DNA from: Heterodontus francisci
Taxonomy: Eukaryota
Length of the DNA stretch: 64,000 nt
Assembly: GCF_036365525.1 (NCBI RefSeq)
Contig: NC_090404.1
Location: 41,721,497-41,785,496 of the forward strand
Direction of reading: 5' to 3'
Part shown: piece by piece, positions 1 through 13,700 of the stretch
How positions within the stretch are numbered: the first letter of the stretch is position 1
How the letters are laid out: each line of letters begins with the position of its first letter
The notes under the pieces: model-generated
Told to the model about the DNA's origin: nothing
The model's database searches: none
What the model saw: the letters and a program-made list of their open reading frames with translations, nothing else
Program-made: the position numbers and the translations under genes

Positions 1-979
1 CATCTGCGCAAAATTTCTCCTAACCTCTCTCCTGTCTCACGTAATAATGATCTTAAATTGATGATCCCTTATTATTGAATCCCCAAGCATAGGAAATAGA
101 TTGCGCTCTTGAAGCTAACAAAATCGTTCATGATTGTAAAATGTTCTGTAAATCTCCTCTTAGACTTTTCTGCTCCACTGGAAATAAAAACCTCCTTGAT
201 AAAGAATTAGTTCCCATTCCAGGGACTGATCTAATGTATCTACTTTGCCTGCTCTCGATGACTGTAATATCGTTTCTATAGAAGTGCCTAAAACTGCACA
301 CGGTACTTTAACCATGAAGTAACCATTACCTTGGTGAAATTTATTACTACTTCTTAGACTGTGGTATATTTACCAGAACAAATGTGAAGTATTTCATTTT
401 GAGGAGCGGGAGCGGTGAGAGCGTGAGCCAGGGGGCAGCCGGGAAGGTAAGTTGAGCGATGAAGTACTTACCTCGTGATTGGGCGGACGCGGACATGGGG
501 ACTGCTGGGTAAGTGAACTTATATATGGCTAAACCCGAAACACTACACGTGTAGTGTCTCCCACCCATCCTCCTCCTCTAACCCAAAAAAAAAGGACACT
601 TGTGTGGAGGGTTTGGTAAGGTAAGGTTTTCCTTTTTTTTTAAATCTCTGTTGTCAATTTAGAGCAGAGAGGATGGAAGCTAGGGCAGTTGCATGCTCCT
701 CTTGCAGGATGTAGGAGGTAAGGGTCATCTCTTGTATCCCTGCTGACTTCACCTGCGAGAAGTGCACCCAACTTCAGCTCCTCACAGACCGCGTTAGGGA
801 ACTGGAGCTGGAGCTGGATGAACTTCGGATCATTCAGGAGGCTGAGGGGGTGATAGAGAGCAGTTATAGGGAAGTAGTGACACCTAAGTTACAGGATAAA
901 GGTAGCTGGGTGACCGTCAGGGGAGGGAAAGGGAATAGGCACACAGTGCAGGGATCCCCTGTGGCCGTTCCCCTCAATA

Positions 980-1140
980 CGCCCTGCCTTCAACAGTAGT
1001 AGACTCGCCAACTTTAAGGGCATTTAAGTGATCATTGGATAGACATATGGATGAAAATGGAATAGTGTAGGTCAGATGGTTTCACAGGTCGGCGCAACAT
1101 CGAGGGCCAAAGGGCCTGTACTGCGCTGTAATGTTCTAAT
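980..1140 (+). mobile_element. Short CR1 3'-end insertion within host ORF1
   Basis: CR1 3' UTR motif (ggcgcaacatcgagggcc...gggcctgtactgcgctgtaatgttct) interrupting ORF1. Confidence 0.7.
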
Positions 1141-1164
1141 AATAAGTATACCATTTTCGATACT

Positions 1165-1334
1165 ATAATAAAAGCAAAATACTGCGGATGCTGGAAATCT
1201 GAAACAAAAACAAGAAATGCTGGATTCCGTACCAGTTCCGAGGAAGGGTCACTGACCCGAAACGTTAACTCTGCTTCTCTTTCCACAGATGCTGCCAGAC
1301 CTGCTGAGTGAATCCAGCATTTCTTGTTTTTGTT
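1165..1334 (+). mobile_element. Penelope-like element fragment with hammerhead motif and 14-bp TSD
   Basis: TSD CCATTTTCGATACT at 1151-1164 and 1335-1348. Inverted-end structure and hammerhead-like core at 1233-1273. Confidence 0.75.
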
Positions 1335-3263
1335 CCATTTTCGATACTGTTGGGGGGAACGACCTACCAGGGGAAAGCTACAGCAGCCAGGTCTCTGGCC
1401 CTGAGCCTGGTTCTGTGGCTCAGAAGGGAAGGGGGAGAATAGGAGAGCTATAGTGATAGGAGATTCAATGGTTAGAGGAACAGACAGGAGATTCTGTGGT
1501 CACGAATGAGACTCCCGGATGGTATGTTGCCTCCCGAGTGCCAGGGTCAGGGATGGCTCGGATCGAGTCTACAGGATTCTTAAGGGGAAGGGGGAGCAGC
1601 CAGAAGTCATGGTACACATCGGTACCAATGACATAGCTAGGAAAAGGGATGAGGACCTGAAAAGCGAATATAGGGAGTTCGGTTGGAAGCTAAAAAGCAG
1701 GACGGGCAGAGTAGTAATCTCAGGATTGATACCGGTGCCACGTGCTAGTGAGGCTAGAAACAGAGAGCGAGTGCAGCTGAACACGTGGCTACAGAGCTGG
1801 TGCAGGAAGGAGGGCTTCAGCTATGTGGATCATTGGGATACCTTCTGGGGAAGGTGGGACCTGTACAAGAAGGACGGGTTGCATCTGAACTGGAGGGGCA
1901 CCAATATCCTGGTTGGGAGGTTTGCTAGAGCTCTTCGGGAGGGTTTAAATTAGTTTGGCAGGGGGATGGGAAATGGAGCTACGGAACAGTGGATGGGGTA
2001 ACTGTTGAACAGGCAGATACAGAGTGCAGAGAGTCTGTGAGGAAGATTTGACAGTGGACAGGGCAAAGTTGCAACCAGTATGATGGGTTGAAGTGTGTCT
2101 ATTTTAACGCAAGAAGTGTCTGAAATAAGGGTGATGAACTTAGAGCATGGATCAGTACTTGGAGCTACGATGTTGTGGCCTTTACGGAGACTTGGATATC
2201 ACAGGGGCAGGAATGGATGTTGGATGTTCCGGGGTTTAGATGTTTCAAAGGGAATAGGGAGGGAGGTAAAAGAGGTGGGGGAGTGGCATTACTCATCAGG
2301 GATAGTATCACAGCTGCAGAAAGGGAGGTCGTCGAGGAGGGTTTGTCTACTGAGTCAGTATGGGTGGAAGTCAGAAAAGGAAAGGAGCAGTCACTTTATT
2401 GGGAGTTTTCTATAGACCCCTCAATAGCAGCAGAGACACGGAGGAAGAGATTTGGAGGCAGATTTTGGAAAGGTGCAGAAGTAACAGGGTTGTTGTCATG
2501 GGTGACTTCAACTTCCCTAATATTGATTGGAACCTCTTTAGTGCAAATAGTTTGGATGGAGCAGATTTTGTCAGGTGTGTCCAGGAAGGTTTCCTGACTC
2601 AAGATGTAGATAGGCTGACGAGAGGGGAGGCTATGTTGGATTTGGTTTTTGGCAACGAACCAGGCCAGGTGGCAGATCTCTCAGTGGGAGAGCATTTCGG
2701 TGATAGTGATCACAACTACCTGACCTTTACAATAGTCATGGAGAGGGACAGGAGCAGACGGGATGGGAAAATATTTAATTGGGAGAGGGGGAATTACAAT
2801 GCTATTAGGCAGGAACTGGGGAGCTTAAGTTGGGAACAGGTGTTCTCAGGGAAATGCACGACAGAAATGTGGAGGTTGTTTAGGGAGCACTTGCTGCGAC
2901 TAATGGATAGGTTTGTCCCGGTGAGGCAATGAATGGATGGTAGGGTGAAGGAACCTTCGATGACAAGAGATGTGGAATAGCTAGTCAAGAGGAAGAAGAA
3001 AGCTTACTTAAGGTTGAGGAAGCAAGTATCAGACAGGGCTCGAGAGGGTTAAAAGGTAGCCAGGAAGGAACAGAAGAATGGACTTAGGAGAGCTAGAAGG
3101 GGACATGAAAAAGTCTTGGTGGGTAGGATTATGGAAAATCCCAAGGCGTTCTGCACTTATGTGAGGAACAAGCGGATGGCCAGTGTGAGGGGAGGGCCGA
3201 TCAGGGATAGTGGAGGGAAATTGTGCCTGGAGTCGGAGGAGGTAGGGTAGGTAAGTCCTTAAT

Positions 3264-5112
3264 AAAGAACAAAGAACAAAGATAATTACAGCACAGGAAC
3301 AGGCCCTTCGGCCCTCCAAGCCTGCGCCGATCCAGATCCTCTCTCTAAACATGTCGCCTATTTTCTAAGCTTCTGTATCTCTTTTCTTCCTGCCCATTCA
3401 TGTATCTGTCTAGATACATCTTAAAAGACTCCATCGTGCCCGCATCTACCACCTCCGCTGGCAATGCGTTCCAGGTGCCCACCACCCTCTGCGTAAAGAA
3501 CTTTCCACGCATATCCCCCCTAAACTTTTCCCCTTTCACTTTGAACTCGTGTCCTCTAGTAATTGAAACCCCCACTCTGGGAAAAAGCTTCTTGCTATCC
3601 ACCCTGTCTATACCTCTCATGATTTTGTACACCTCAATCAGGTCCCCCCTCAACCTCCGTCTTTCTAATGAAAATAATCCTAATCTACTCAACCTCTCTT
3701 CATAGCGAGCGCCCTCCATACCAGGCAACATCCTGGTGAACCTCCTCTGCATCCTTTCCAAAGCATCCACATCCTTTTGATAATGTGGCGACCAGAACTG
3801 TACGCAGTATTCCAAATGTGGCCGAACCAAAGTCCTATACAACTGTAACATGACCTGCCAACTCTTGTACTCAATGCCCCGTCCGATGAAGGAAAGCATG
3901 CCGTATGCCTTCTTGACCACTCTATTTACCTGCGTTGCCACCTTCAGGGAACAGTGGACCTGAACACCCAAATCTCTCTGGACATCAATTTTCCCCAGGA
4001 CTTTTCCATTTACTGTATAGTTCACTCTTGAATTGGATCTTCCAAAATGCATCACCTCGCATTTGCCCTGATTGAACTCCATCTGCCATTTCTCTGCCCA
4101 ACTCTCCAATCTATCTATATTCTGCTGTATTCTCTGACAGTCCCCTTCACTATCTGCTACTCCACCAATCTTAGTGTCGTCTGCAAATTTGCTAATCAGT
4201 CCACCTATACTTTCCTCCAAATCATTAATGTATATCACAAACAACAGTGGTCCCAGCACGGATCCCTGTGGAACACCACTGGTCACACGTCTCCATTTTG
4301 AGAAACTCCCTTCTACTGCTACTCTCTGTCTCCTGTTGCCCAGCCAGTTCTTTATCCATCTAGCTAGTACACCTTGGACCCCAAGCGCCTTCACTTTCTC
4401 CATCAGCCTGCCATGGGGTACCTTATCAAACGCCTTACTGAAGTCCATGTATATGACATCGACAGCCCTTCCGTCATCAATCAACTTTGTCACTTCCTCA
4501 AAGAATTCTATTAAGTTGGTTAGACATGACCTTCCCTGCACAAAACCATGTTGCCTATCACTGATGAGCCCATTTTCTTCCAAATGGGAATAGATCCTAT
4601 CCCTCAGTATCTTCTCCAGCAGCTTCCCTACCACTGACGTCAGGCTCACCGGTCTATAATTTCCTGGATTATCCCTGCTACCCTTCTTAAACAAGAGGAC
4701 AACATTAGCAATTCTCCAGTCCTCCGGGACCTCACCCGTGTTTAAGGATGCTGCAAAGATATCTGTTAAGGCCCCAGCTATTTCCTCTCTCGCTTCCCTC
4801 AGTAACCTGGGATAGATCCCATCCGGACCTGGGGACTTGTCCACCTTAATGCCCTTTAGAATACCCAACACTTCCTCCCTCCTTATGCCGACTTGACCTA
4901 GAGTAATCAAACATCTGTTCCTAACCTCAACATCCGTCATGTCCCTCTCCTCGGTGAATACCGATGCAAAGTACTCGTTTAGAATCTCACCCATTTTCTC
5001 TGAGTCCAAGCATAACATTCCTCCTTTGTCCTTTAGTGGGCCAATCCTTTCTCTAGTTACCCTCTTTCTCCTTATATATGAATAAAAGGCTTTGGGATTT
5101 TCCTTAACCCTG
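3264..5112 (-). mobile_element. Younger 5'-truncated CR1 LINE inserted antisense into the host CR1
   Basis: Uninterrupted 557-aa RT/C-terminal ORF at 3345-5018 and a (TTCTTTG)n tail at ~3264-3281. Host ORF2 sequence resumes at ~5113. Confidence 0.92.
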
Positions 5113-8100
5113 AATACTTTGAATTCTTTGCTTCAGTAATCACTAGTGAGAGGGACCTGGTCGTTTGTGAGGACAGCGTGAAACAGACTGATATGCTAGA
5201 ACAGGTTAATGTTAAGAAGGAGGATGTGCTGAAAATTTTGAAAGACATGAGGATAGATAAGTCCGCGGGGCCAGATGGGATATACCCAAGGTTGTAACAG
5301 GAAGTGAGGTAAGAGATTGCCGCGCCTTTGGCGATGATCTTTGCGTCCTCACTGTCCACTGGAGTGGTACCAGGTGATTGGAGGGTGGCAAATGTTATTC
5401 CCTTGTTCAAGAAAGGAATAGGGATAACCCTGGGAATTACAGACCAGTCAGTCTTACGTCGGTGGTGGGCAAATTATTGGAGAGGATTCTGAGAGACAGG
5501 ATTTATGATTATTTGGAAAAGCATAGTTTGATTAGAGACAGTCAGCATGGCTTGGTGAGGGGCAGGTCATGGCTCAAAAGCCTTATTGAATTCTTCAAGG
5601 ATGTGACAAAACACATTGATGAAATAAGAGCAGTGGATGTGGTGTATATGGATTTTAGCAAGGCGTTTGATAAGGTTCCCCATGGTAGGCTCATTCAGAA
5701 AGTCAGGAGGCATGGGATGCAGGGAAATTTGGCTGTCTGGATACAGAATTAGCTGGCCCATAGAAGACGGAGGGTGGTAGTAGATGGAAAGTATTCAGCC
5801 TGGAGCTCGGTGACCAGTGGTGCTCCGCAGGGATCTGTTCTGGGACCTCTGCTCTTTGTGATTTTTATAAATGGCTTGGATGAGGAAGTTGAAGGCTGGG
5901 TTAGTAAGTTTGCCGATGACACAAAGGTTGCTGGAGTTGTGGATAGTGTGGAAGGCTGTTGTACGTTGCAACAGGACATTGACAGGATGCAGAGCTGGGC
6001 TGAGAAGTGGCAGATGGAGTTCAACCTGGAAAAGTGTGAAGTGATTCATTTTGGAAGGTCGAATTTAAATGCAGATTGCAGGCTTAAAGACAGGATTCTT
6101 TGCAGTGTGGAGGAACAGAGGGATCTTGGGGTCCACGTCCATAGATCCCTCAAAGTTGCCACCCAAGTTGATAGGGTTGTTAAGAAGGCGTATGGGGTGT
6201 TGGCTTTCATTAACAGGGGGATTGAGTTTAAGAGCCGTGAGGTTCTGCTGCAGCTATATAAAGCCCTGGTTAGACCACACTTGGAATATTGTGTTCAGTT
6301 CTGGTCGCCTCGTTATAGGAAGGATGTGGATGCTTTGGAGAGGGTGCAGAGGAGATTTACCAGGATGCTGCCTGGACTGAAGGGCATGTCTTATGAAGAA
6401 AGGTTGAGGGAGCTCGGGCTTTTCTCATTGGAGCGAAGAAGGATGAGAGGTGACTTGATAGAGGGGTACAAGATGATGAGACATAGATAGAGTGGATAGC
6501 CAGAGACCTTTTCCCAGTGCGGAAAGGGCTATCACCAGGGGGCATAATTTTAAGGTGATTGGAGGAAGGTTTAGGGGAGATGTCAGAGGTAGGTTCTTTA
6601 TACAGAAAGTGGTGAGTATGTGGGGTGCACTGCCAGCGGTGGTAGTAGAAGCAGATACATTAGGGATATTTAAGCGACACTTGGATAGGTACATGGATGA
6701 TAGTAGAATGAAGGGTATGTAGGTTGTTTGATCTTAGAGTAGGTTAAAGGGTCGGCACAACATCGTGGGCCGAAGGGCCTGTTCTGTGCTGTGCTGTTCT
6801 ATGTTCTATGTTCTAAAGTGAAGGACACAAAAGCACAATGAAGAGGCTGAAAATTGCCCCTTGGAATGAGAACTCGGAATATGGATAGAAGCGTCACTGC
6901 TAATTTTGGGATTGTTATGTGATGAATTAATAAAGACAAATGAAATGTTAGGACACATCGCAAGAGCAGTGGATGTAAATAAGGGTCTGCTGAGATTGTT
7001 GAATGAATTTCTCAGATCCAGGTACTTTTGGACGCAGTTTTGATCACCGAGCTGAAGGAAGGATCTGCATGATGAGAAATTTAAAGGAGTTGAGATAGTT
7101 AAAAGTTCAGGCTTCCATGTCCAGGGGGAAAATGTTAACAAGCATCTTATTCAATCGTGTGAAATATTAATTATTACAGAACAAGCTGAGCTCAGCAAAT
7201 GACTCCAAGGTAAGCACAGACCCAGAAGATGATGAATGTAATTTCTGGCTAATTAAATCTAAGACATGCAATGGGGTTTTGCAATTACCTTGTGAAACAA
7301 TTGCATTTCGATGTGTAACAAAATTCATACAAAATCGCTGCCTCTAATATAGTTTAAAAATAATTAATTGTTTACGGATCATAGTGATGGTGGATGAATG
7401 ATGTTCCTCTCTCCAATATGTGGAAGGAGACATTGCATAATTAAAGGAAATGGTTTATAGTTTCAGCTAAAGGTGGGAACGACAGCATTGCATGGGAATG
7501 CAATTATAATTTCTCTGCCGGTATCACATACAATCATTTCAGTTATTTGACTAAATGAGGATTGTCTCCTCTGTGTTAGTGGCTGAAGGAATTTCACACG
7601 GGCACTTTAGGCCTTGACTGCAATTATTCCACTGTGCAATTGCGAGGTCAATGGAAGTGGCTTGGAGAGTTATTCGTCTGTACAACATCGGTGCGAATTA
7701 CTGCAGGGAGGAAAGTCAGGCAAGGAGGTTACAAAGCAAGGCTGGCCTAATTTTCGGTCCATTAATTCAAATGATTTTACAATTGGGTGAAAACAGTAAT
7801 GGAAGGCCACGGGATGCTTTACACTCACGAGGTACAGAAAAAAAAAATCAACCTCATTTGATTTAATGTATAATATTCTGTCCACAAGATAGTGGAGTGA
7901 AAGAAACTGAAAGCATTTAAAATGTAGCCAGGGCTGGATGACTTGAGAGCAGAAGTGATGAGCTACAAAGGACCACGTGGCCTTTAATTGCCCCTGATTT
8001 GTGTGTTCTTATGTAAATCCACCGGAACAGGGCAGGAAAGAGCCACAGCTGGAGAAATATCTCCATGGTGATCTGTTTGTTTAGCCAAGAGAACCATTCA

Positions 8101-8299
8101 GGAAACGGATACAAGCATAAGCAACATTAACTTGCACACACTACATCCGTTCCCTTACTGAACTGACTGTAGCTTGCTCTGTGGTCTGGTGAAGAAAATC
8201 CTTCGATGAAAAGTTCAGGTGGGGAGCTCGAAGCTGGAATATTATGTAATTTATTTTGTTGTTGCACTTTACTTGGATCGAGCGGGTGTTGCTTGGCAG

Positions 8300-9020
8300 T
8301 GGATCAATGTTACTTGCAATGTGCAAAAGTCATTGAAGGTGGCAGTACAGGTTGAGAGAGCGGTTGATAAATGATACCGTATCCTGGGCTTTATTAATAG
8401 GGACATAGAGTACAAGAGCAAGGAAATTATGTTGAACTTATAAAAGACACTAGTTCGGCCTCAGCTGGAGCATTGTGTCCAATTCTGGGAGTCTCACTTT
8501 AGGAGAGATGTGAGGACATTGAAGAGAGTACAGAAAAGATTCACGAGAATGGTTCCAGGGATGAGGAAGTTCAGTTATGAAGATAGATCACAGAGGTTAG
8601 GACTGTTTTCCTTTGAGGAGAGAAGGTTGAGAGGTGATTTGATAGAGGTATTCAAAGTCATGAGGAGTTTGGACAGAGTAGATAGAGAGAAACTGTTCCC
8701 ACTCGTTAAAAGATCGAAAACGATGGGGCACAGAGTTCTAGTATTTGGTAAGAGAAATGAAAGTGACATGAGGAAAAACTTTTTCATGCAGCGAGTTGAT
8801 AAGTTCTGGAATGTTCCGCCTGACAGTGTGGTGGAGGCAGGTTTAATTGAAGCATTTAAAAGGGAATTAGACTGCTAGATGAAAAGGAAGAATGTGCAGC
8901 ATTACAGGGAGACGGCGGGGGAATGGCACTAACTGAATTGTTCTGTCGGAGAGCTGGTGCAGACACAATGGGCTGAATGGTCTCCCTCTGAGCTGTAACA
9001 ATTCTGTGATTCTGTGGTTA
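8300..9020 (+). mobile_element. CR1 3' fragment
   Basis: ORF 8510-8878 (RVQKRFTRM...RRLRGDLIEVFK) plus 3' UTR. Confidence 0.85.
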
Positions 9021-9804
9021 TGCCAGTTCTTGAAGTTGACTTCACAGAATAATTCTTGGGTCTTTCCTGGGAATATATAAAGAATTCAGTGCCTTGTGTT
9101 GTCAGCAGATTGAAGCAGTTACATTCACGGCAAGTGGGACCATATTCGGGGAGCCAGAAGTGACTGTGATATTCGGTTCCATTTTATAGGTACTAATTAA
9201 ACACACTGATCAATCATTTTCATGATCCCCACGAACTGAAGAACGAAGAAGTAAAGATGCAATCAAAGTGAGAGCAGGAATGATAGACTGCAAGAGAAAC
9301 AGGACTTGTGAGAAGACCCGAAATCACCAAAATATCGAATATCGTGGAAAGTTCAAGGTAAGATTTTTCTATTATTATTATTATTGAAAGAGGGAGATGC
9401 ACATGCGTGGTTTATGTGCCACCATGCGGATGCTGCAAAGCTCTGGCGCGCCATTACATTGCCAGACCCGTGTTAAATAAAATATGTTTTAACATCATTA
9501 TTTTGTTTACTAATTCATGCATGAGTTAGAAGGCTCAGTAAGTTTGACAGATGGAAGCAGGAGGTTATAAAGGGGCAGAGATAGCCCGAGACAGTGGACA
9601 AAACTGTGGCAAATGAAACTCAATATGAGGAAGCGTCCACGGTGGAATTTTTTAATTCTTTCATGGGATGTGGGTGTCACTGGTAAGGCCACTATTTATT
9701 GACCATCCATAATTTCCCGTTACAAAGTAGTGGTGAGCCACCTGCTTGAACCACTGTGGACCATCTAGTGTCTGTACACCCACAGTGTTGTAAGGAAGCG
9801 AGAT

Positions 9805-9877
9805 TCCCCGGCGGTCTAGTGATTAGGACTCAGCTCTCTCAGTGCTGTGGTCCAGCTTTGGATCCCCAGTCAGGAAA
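9805..9877 (+). pseudogene. tRNA-Glu(CTC) pseudogene
   Basis: TCCCCGGCGGTCTAGTGATTAGGACTCAGCTCTCTCAGTGCTGTGGTCCAGCTTTGGATCCCCAGTCAGGAAA aligns end to end with vertebrate tRNA-Glu-CTC. The T-loop/B-box and stems are mutated. Confidence 0.75.
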
Positions 9878-9949
9878 TGAAACCTTCTTGCTGCTGTGAG
9901 AACTGTCACACCTAACATAACTTCCTTGCTGAATAAAAACAGATTTGAG

Positions 9950-10760
9950 AATGGGAGGTAATGCATTTTGGAAGGTCTAATGCAGGTGGGAAGTATACAG
10001 AAAATGGCAGAACCCTGAGGGGTATTGACAGGCAGAGAGATCTGGGCGGACAGGTCCACAGGTCACTGAAAGTGGCAATGCAGGTGGATAAGGTAGTCAA
10101 GAAGGCATACGGCATGCTTGCCTTCATCGGTCGGGGCATAGAGTATAAAAATGGGCAAGTCATGCTGCAGCTGTACAGAACTTTAGTCAGGCCACATTTA
10201 GAATATTGCGTGCAATTCTGGTCGCCACACTACCAGAAGGACGTGGAGGCTTTGGAGAGGGTACAGAAGAGGTTTACCAGGATGTTGCCTGGTCTGGAGG
10301 GCATTAGCTATGAGGAGAGGTTGGATAAACTCGGATTGTTTTCACTGGAACGACGAAGGTGGAGGGGCGACATGATAGAAGTTTACAAAATTATAAGTGG
10401 CATGGACAGAGTGGATAGTCAGAAGCTTTTTCCCAGAGTGGTAGAGTCAGTTACTAGGGGACATAGATTTAAGGTGAGAGGGGCAGAGTTTAGAGGGGAT
10501 GTGCGAGGCAAGTTCTTTACACAGAGGGTGGTGAGTGCCTGGAACTTGTTGCCAGGGGAGGTGGTGGAAGCAGGTACCATAGAGACGTTTAAGAGGCATC
10601 TTGACAAATAGATGAATAGGATAGGAATAGCGGGATATGGACCCCGGAAGTGCAGATGGTTTTAGTTTAGGCAGGCATCAAGATCGGCGCAGGCTAGGAG
10701 GGCCGAATGGCCTGTTCCTGTGCTTTACTGTTCTTTGTTCTTAGTTCTTTGTTCTTTGAG
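9950..10760 (+). mobile_element. CR1 3' fragment (young), followed by an older CR1 remnant to ~11460
   Basis: 216-aa ORF at 9961-10611 (LVRPHLEYCVQFWSP) and (TTCTTTG)n tail. Confidence 0.88.
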
Positions 10761-13700
10761 AAAGCCAAAAGTGACAGGCGAGGAATTGAACCTGAGCAAA
10801 GAATTTGAGGTGACCATGTGCACAACTCAATAAAGGTTAGTGGGCAAACACAATAAGTATGCAATAAACTAAAATGATTGTTGGCCTTTAGATGAATGAA
10901 GCTGAAATAAAAAGGAGAGGAAGTTCTGTTTCAGTTGTATCGGGTCTTGCTCAGACCCCATGTGAAATACTGTGTTCATTTCTGAGCACCATACCTCCAT
11001 TGGCCTTGGGTGTTTATTGTGAAGATTTAACAAAATGTTTAAAGAATTAAATTGCAAGAACAGATTGCTCAAGCTTAGGTTGTATTCCTTTAAGTTTAGA
11101 AGGATGAGCAGTGATCTAATGGACGTGATTAAAATGATAAAACAGGCTGGAAATGGCGAAACTATTTAGTTTGCTTGGAATATTCTCGAACAAAGAGACA
11201 CAATCATGCAATTAGAGGCAGGTCATTCAAGAGTGAAATTAGGAAGTGGTGTTTTCTACATAAGGTCCTGGAAATCTGGAGCACACCATCAAAAGTTAAT
11301 GGATCCTGAGAAAATTTAAATTTTCAAGACTGAGTTCGATAGGTATTTGGCAGGTGAGCATATCAAGAGATATAGATCTAAGGCGGATAAATGCAGGCGG
11401 GACAGTGATTAGTCAGGATCTAATTGAATGGAGGAACTGCCTGCATTGGACCTGGATGTTCCGAAGCTCTGATATTACTCCAATAGCAGCAATTGGTCAC
11501 GAGATGGAGCATAATACAGTCAGAGAAAATGAAGGTTCATGACACAAATGCACCATTAACGGAGATCACAAGCTGAGCTCTGGTGACATTGTGACAAATC
11601 ATTCTGTCAGCTGGTAAATTGGCTTTAGTTTCTGGTTTTTTTAAAGGTCAAGGGTCAGAATTGTGTTATGGAATTGTTCAAGAAGTTCTCCTGAATTTCT
11701 TTTCAGTAGTATGTTGTTGTTCCGTTAATCCTTCCATTTGAAACAGATACTTGACACCTGCCCAAACTAGCACAGATATTATTCAGGGTGAATTTGCTGG
11801 TGTTGTTTCAGATTATATGAAAGGGAAGAAGCAGGTTGGTGAAGCCTGGTGCAGGTTAATGTGTTCTGACAATAACAGCAATTGGCAACAATTTTTATTG
11901 GATCCCATCCCCCTGCTCCTGGACTTCACTTACATGCCTTCAGGCCATCGGACTTAATGTCACACTTTTGCTTGCTTTACTCTGCTTTTTTATACTCTGA
12001 GGGATATTAACTTCCCGGTGATTTCTCAGTGCGTGGAAAATTCCCATTTTAGAGAGCATGTGAACCTATTTATTTTCAGCAGGACTGTGCTTCCGCCCGT
12101 GTAGCACTCAAATACATTTCCTCCAAAATGGTGAAGACTCTGTATGCAGGGAATTTCATTACAGGATCGCCTGGCACAGTCGCCATAACTTTGGAGGTTC
12201 CATCAAAGATTCCCCTGCAAAGTTGGAGAAGGTCCAAGCAGGGTGCAACTTTGATCAGCTGTTTAATGAACTATTAGCGAGTATTTACTTTATTTTATAC
12301 CTTAAAATCCCCTTATGTGGCTTGGTGTCAATATGTGCTTCATCACGTTCCTATGAAGCGTCTTGGGACGTTTTACAACGTAGCAGGGCTACATAAATGA
12401 AAGGTGTTGTTGTAAGTTAGGGAAAACATTTCAAATAAACATGTCAACTCTTGCCATAAAACAGGGATAATGGGGCACCATGGGAAGGTATGAAACAATG
12501 AAGTAATACCAAGAAAAGTTTACGTGCTAAATCTTTCTGGTCATTTTAATGCTGTGCCACTGGGAATTGCTGATTGTGATATTAGTGCAGCAATACCTTG
12601 GTGCGATATCCTTTGAATATTGTATCAATCGAGACATGACAGGTTTAAATTAAATGGCTTCAAATTTCAAATAATGTAATAAGGGAGAGCCACAGAGAGG
12701 CACTAAATCCGTGTAGGGGAATATCACAAGCAGCAATTTCCAGTTGTTAGTTCAGCAGCTGTGTTGAATTGAAAGAGTCATTCCGGTGAATTGTTAATTA
12801 GATTTCTGTGTTGTTAATGAATGAATCAATTCATCATAATAATCACCAGAAACTGATGCTAAGACTGAATACTCAATGTCTTAGATACATGGATCTTGTT
12901 GTATTAATTCTTATTCTGTTAATAGTGAGATTGGGTTAATTGTCCTGGTTATTTCTCATGCTCCAGTAACATACTCAGTCCTCCGGATTGTCTGGTCATA
13001 ATATCAGCAGTAAATAACTGGGATTCGGTAAGCTGGCTATTCGGTTGATTTTAATACCCAGATGACTCTATTTTCAGGTGTAGCGTTTATGATACTTATA
13101 GATGAGTTTCACTAACTTAATCATCAAACTAAAAGGTGAATAAAAGGTATAAAAATGGCTAGTTTTAAACTGAGGGCATTTATTTAAGAAATTAAATAAC
13201 AGAATGCAGCAATGTATTTTATTATATTCTAAAGCTTTGCGTTTACAGTGTCGAAAAGTAATGAATGAACGATAACACAGTAGTAACATTCAAATATGAG
13301 CATAAAATTAGCATAAGACCATTCAATTTCCAAAAAAATAGGAATTAGACACATGTCCCCATTATTTCTTAAAATTCAATTCAGCAAACCGGTGCAAATA
13401 CTGTCAGGAAAGGCACCAAAGGATCTTAAACCAAGGCAAGGCAATGGAGTTAGGGGACAGATCAGCCATGATCTAATTGGATGGCTGAGCAGGCGCGAGT
13501 TACTGAATGGCCTATTCCTGTTCCTTGTGTCCCTATATCACATTAAAAACAAAATGGATTCTAATATCGCATTTTCACTCAATTTATATAGCAGTTCTGG
13601 AGATAATCAAGATAATCCAGGATTTTTATCTATATTAATATAGAAGGGAGACTCCATCTTTTAGCTTTGGGTAGTGACGTTGTACAGGCTCTGATGTTGG

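Larger units (their letters stand above)
400..6815 (+). mobile_element. Near full-length degenerate CR1-type LINE (host element), interrupted by three insertions
   Basis: ORF1 has a CxxC start (~673) and an SGNH-esterase domain (VHIGTND...DGLHLN, 1519-1953). ORF2 has an APE endonuclease (ETW, GDFN, SDH; 2095-2932) and an RT (5378-6722, PQGSVLGP, FADD), with stops and frameshifts. 3' tail (TGTTCTA)n at ~6794-6814. Confidence 0.92.

Noticed and set aside
3345-5018. 557-aa ORF as a host gene
   Set aside because: It is the RT/C-terminal part of a 5'-truncated CR1 ORF2.
9189-9357. Plus-strand exon-like segment (ttttatag...caag|gtaaga)
   Set aside because: No convincing ORF or partner exons, so it cannot be supported without transcript data.
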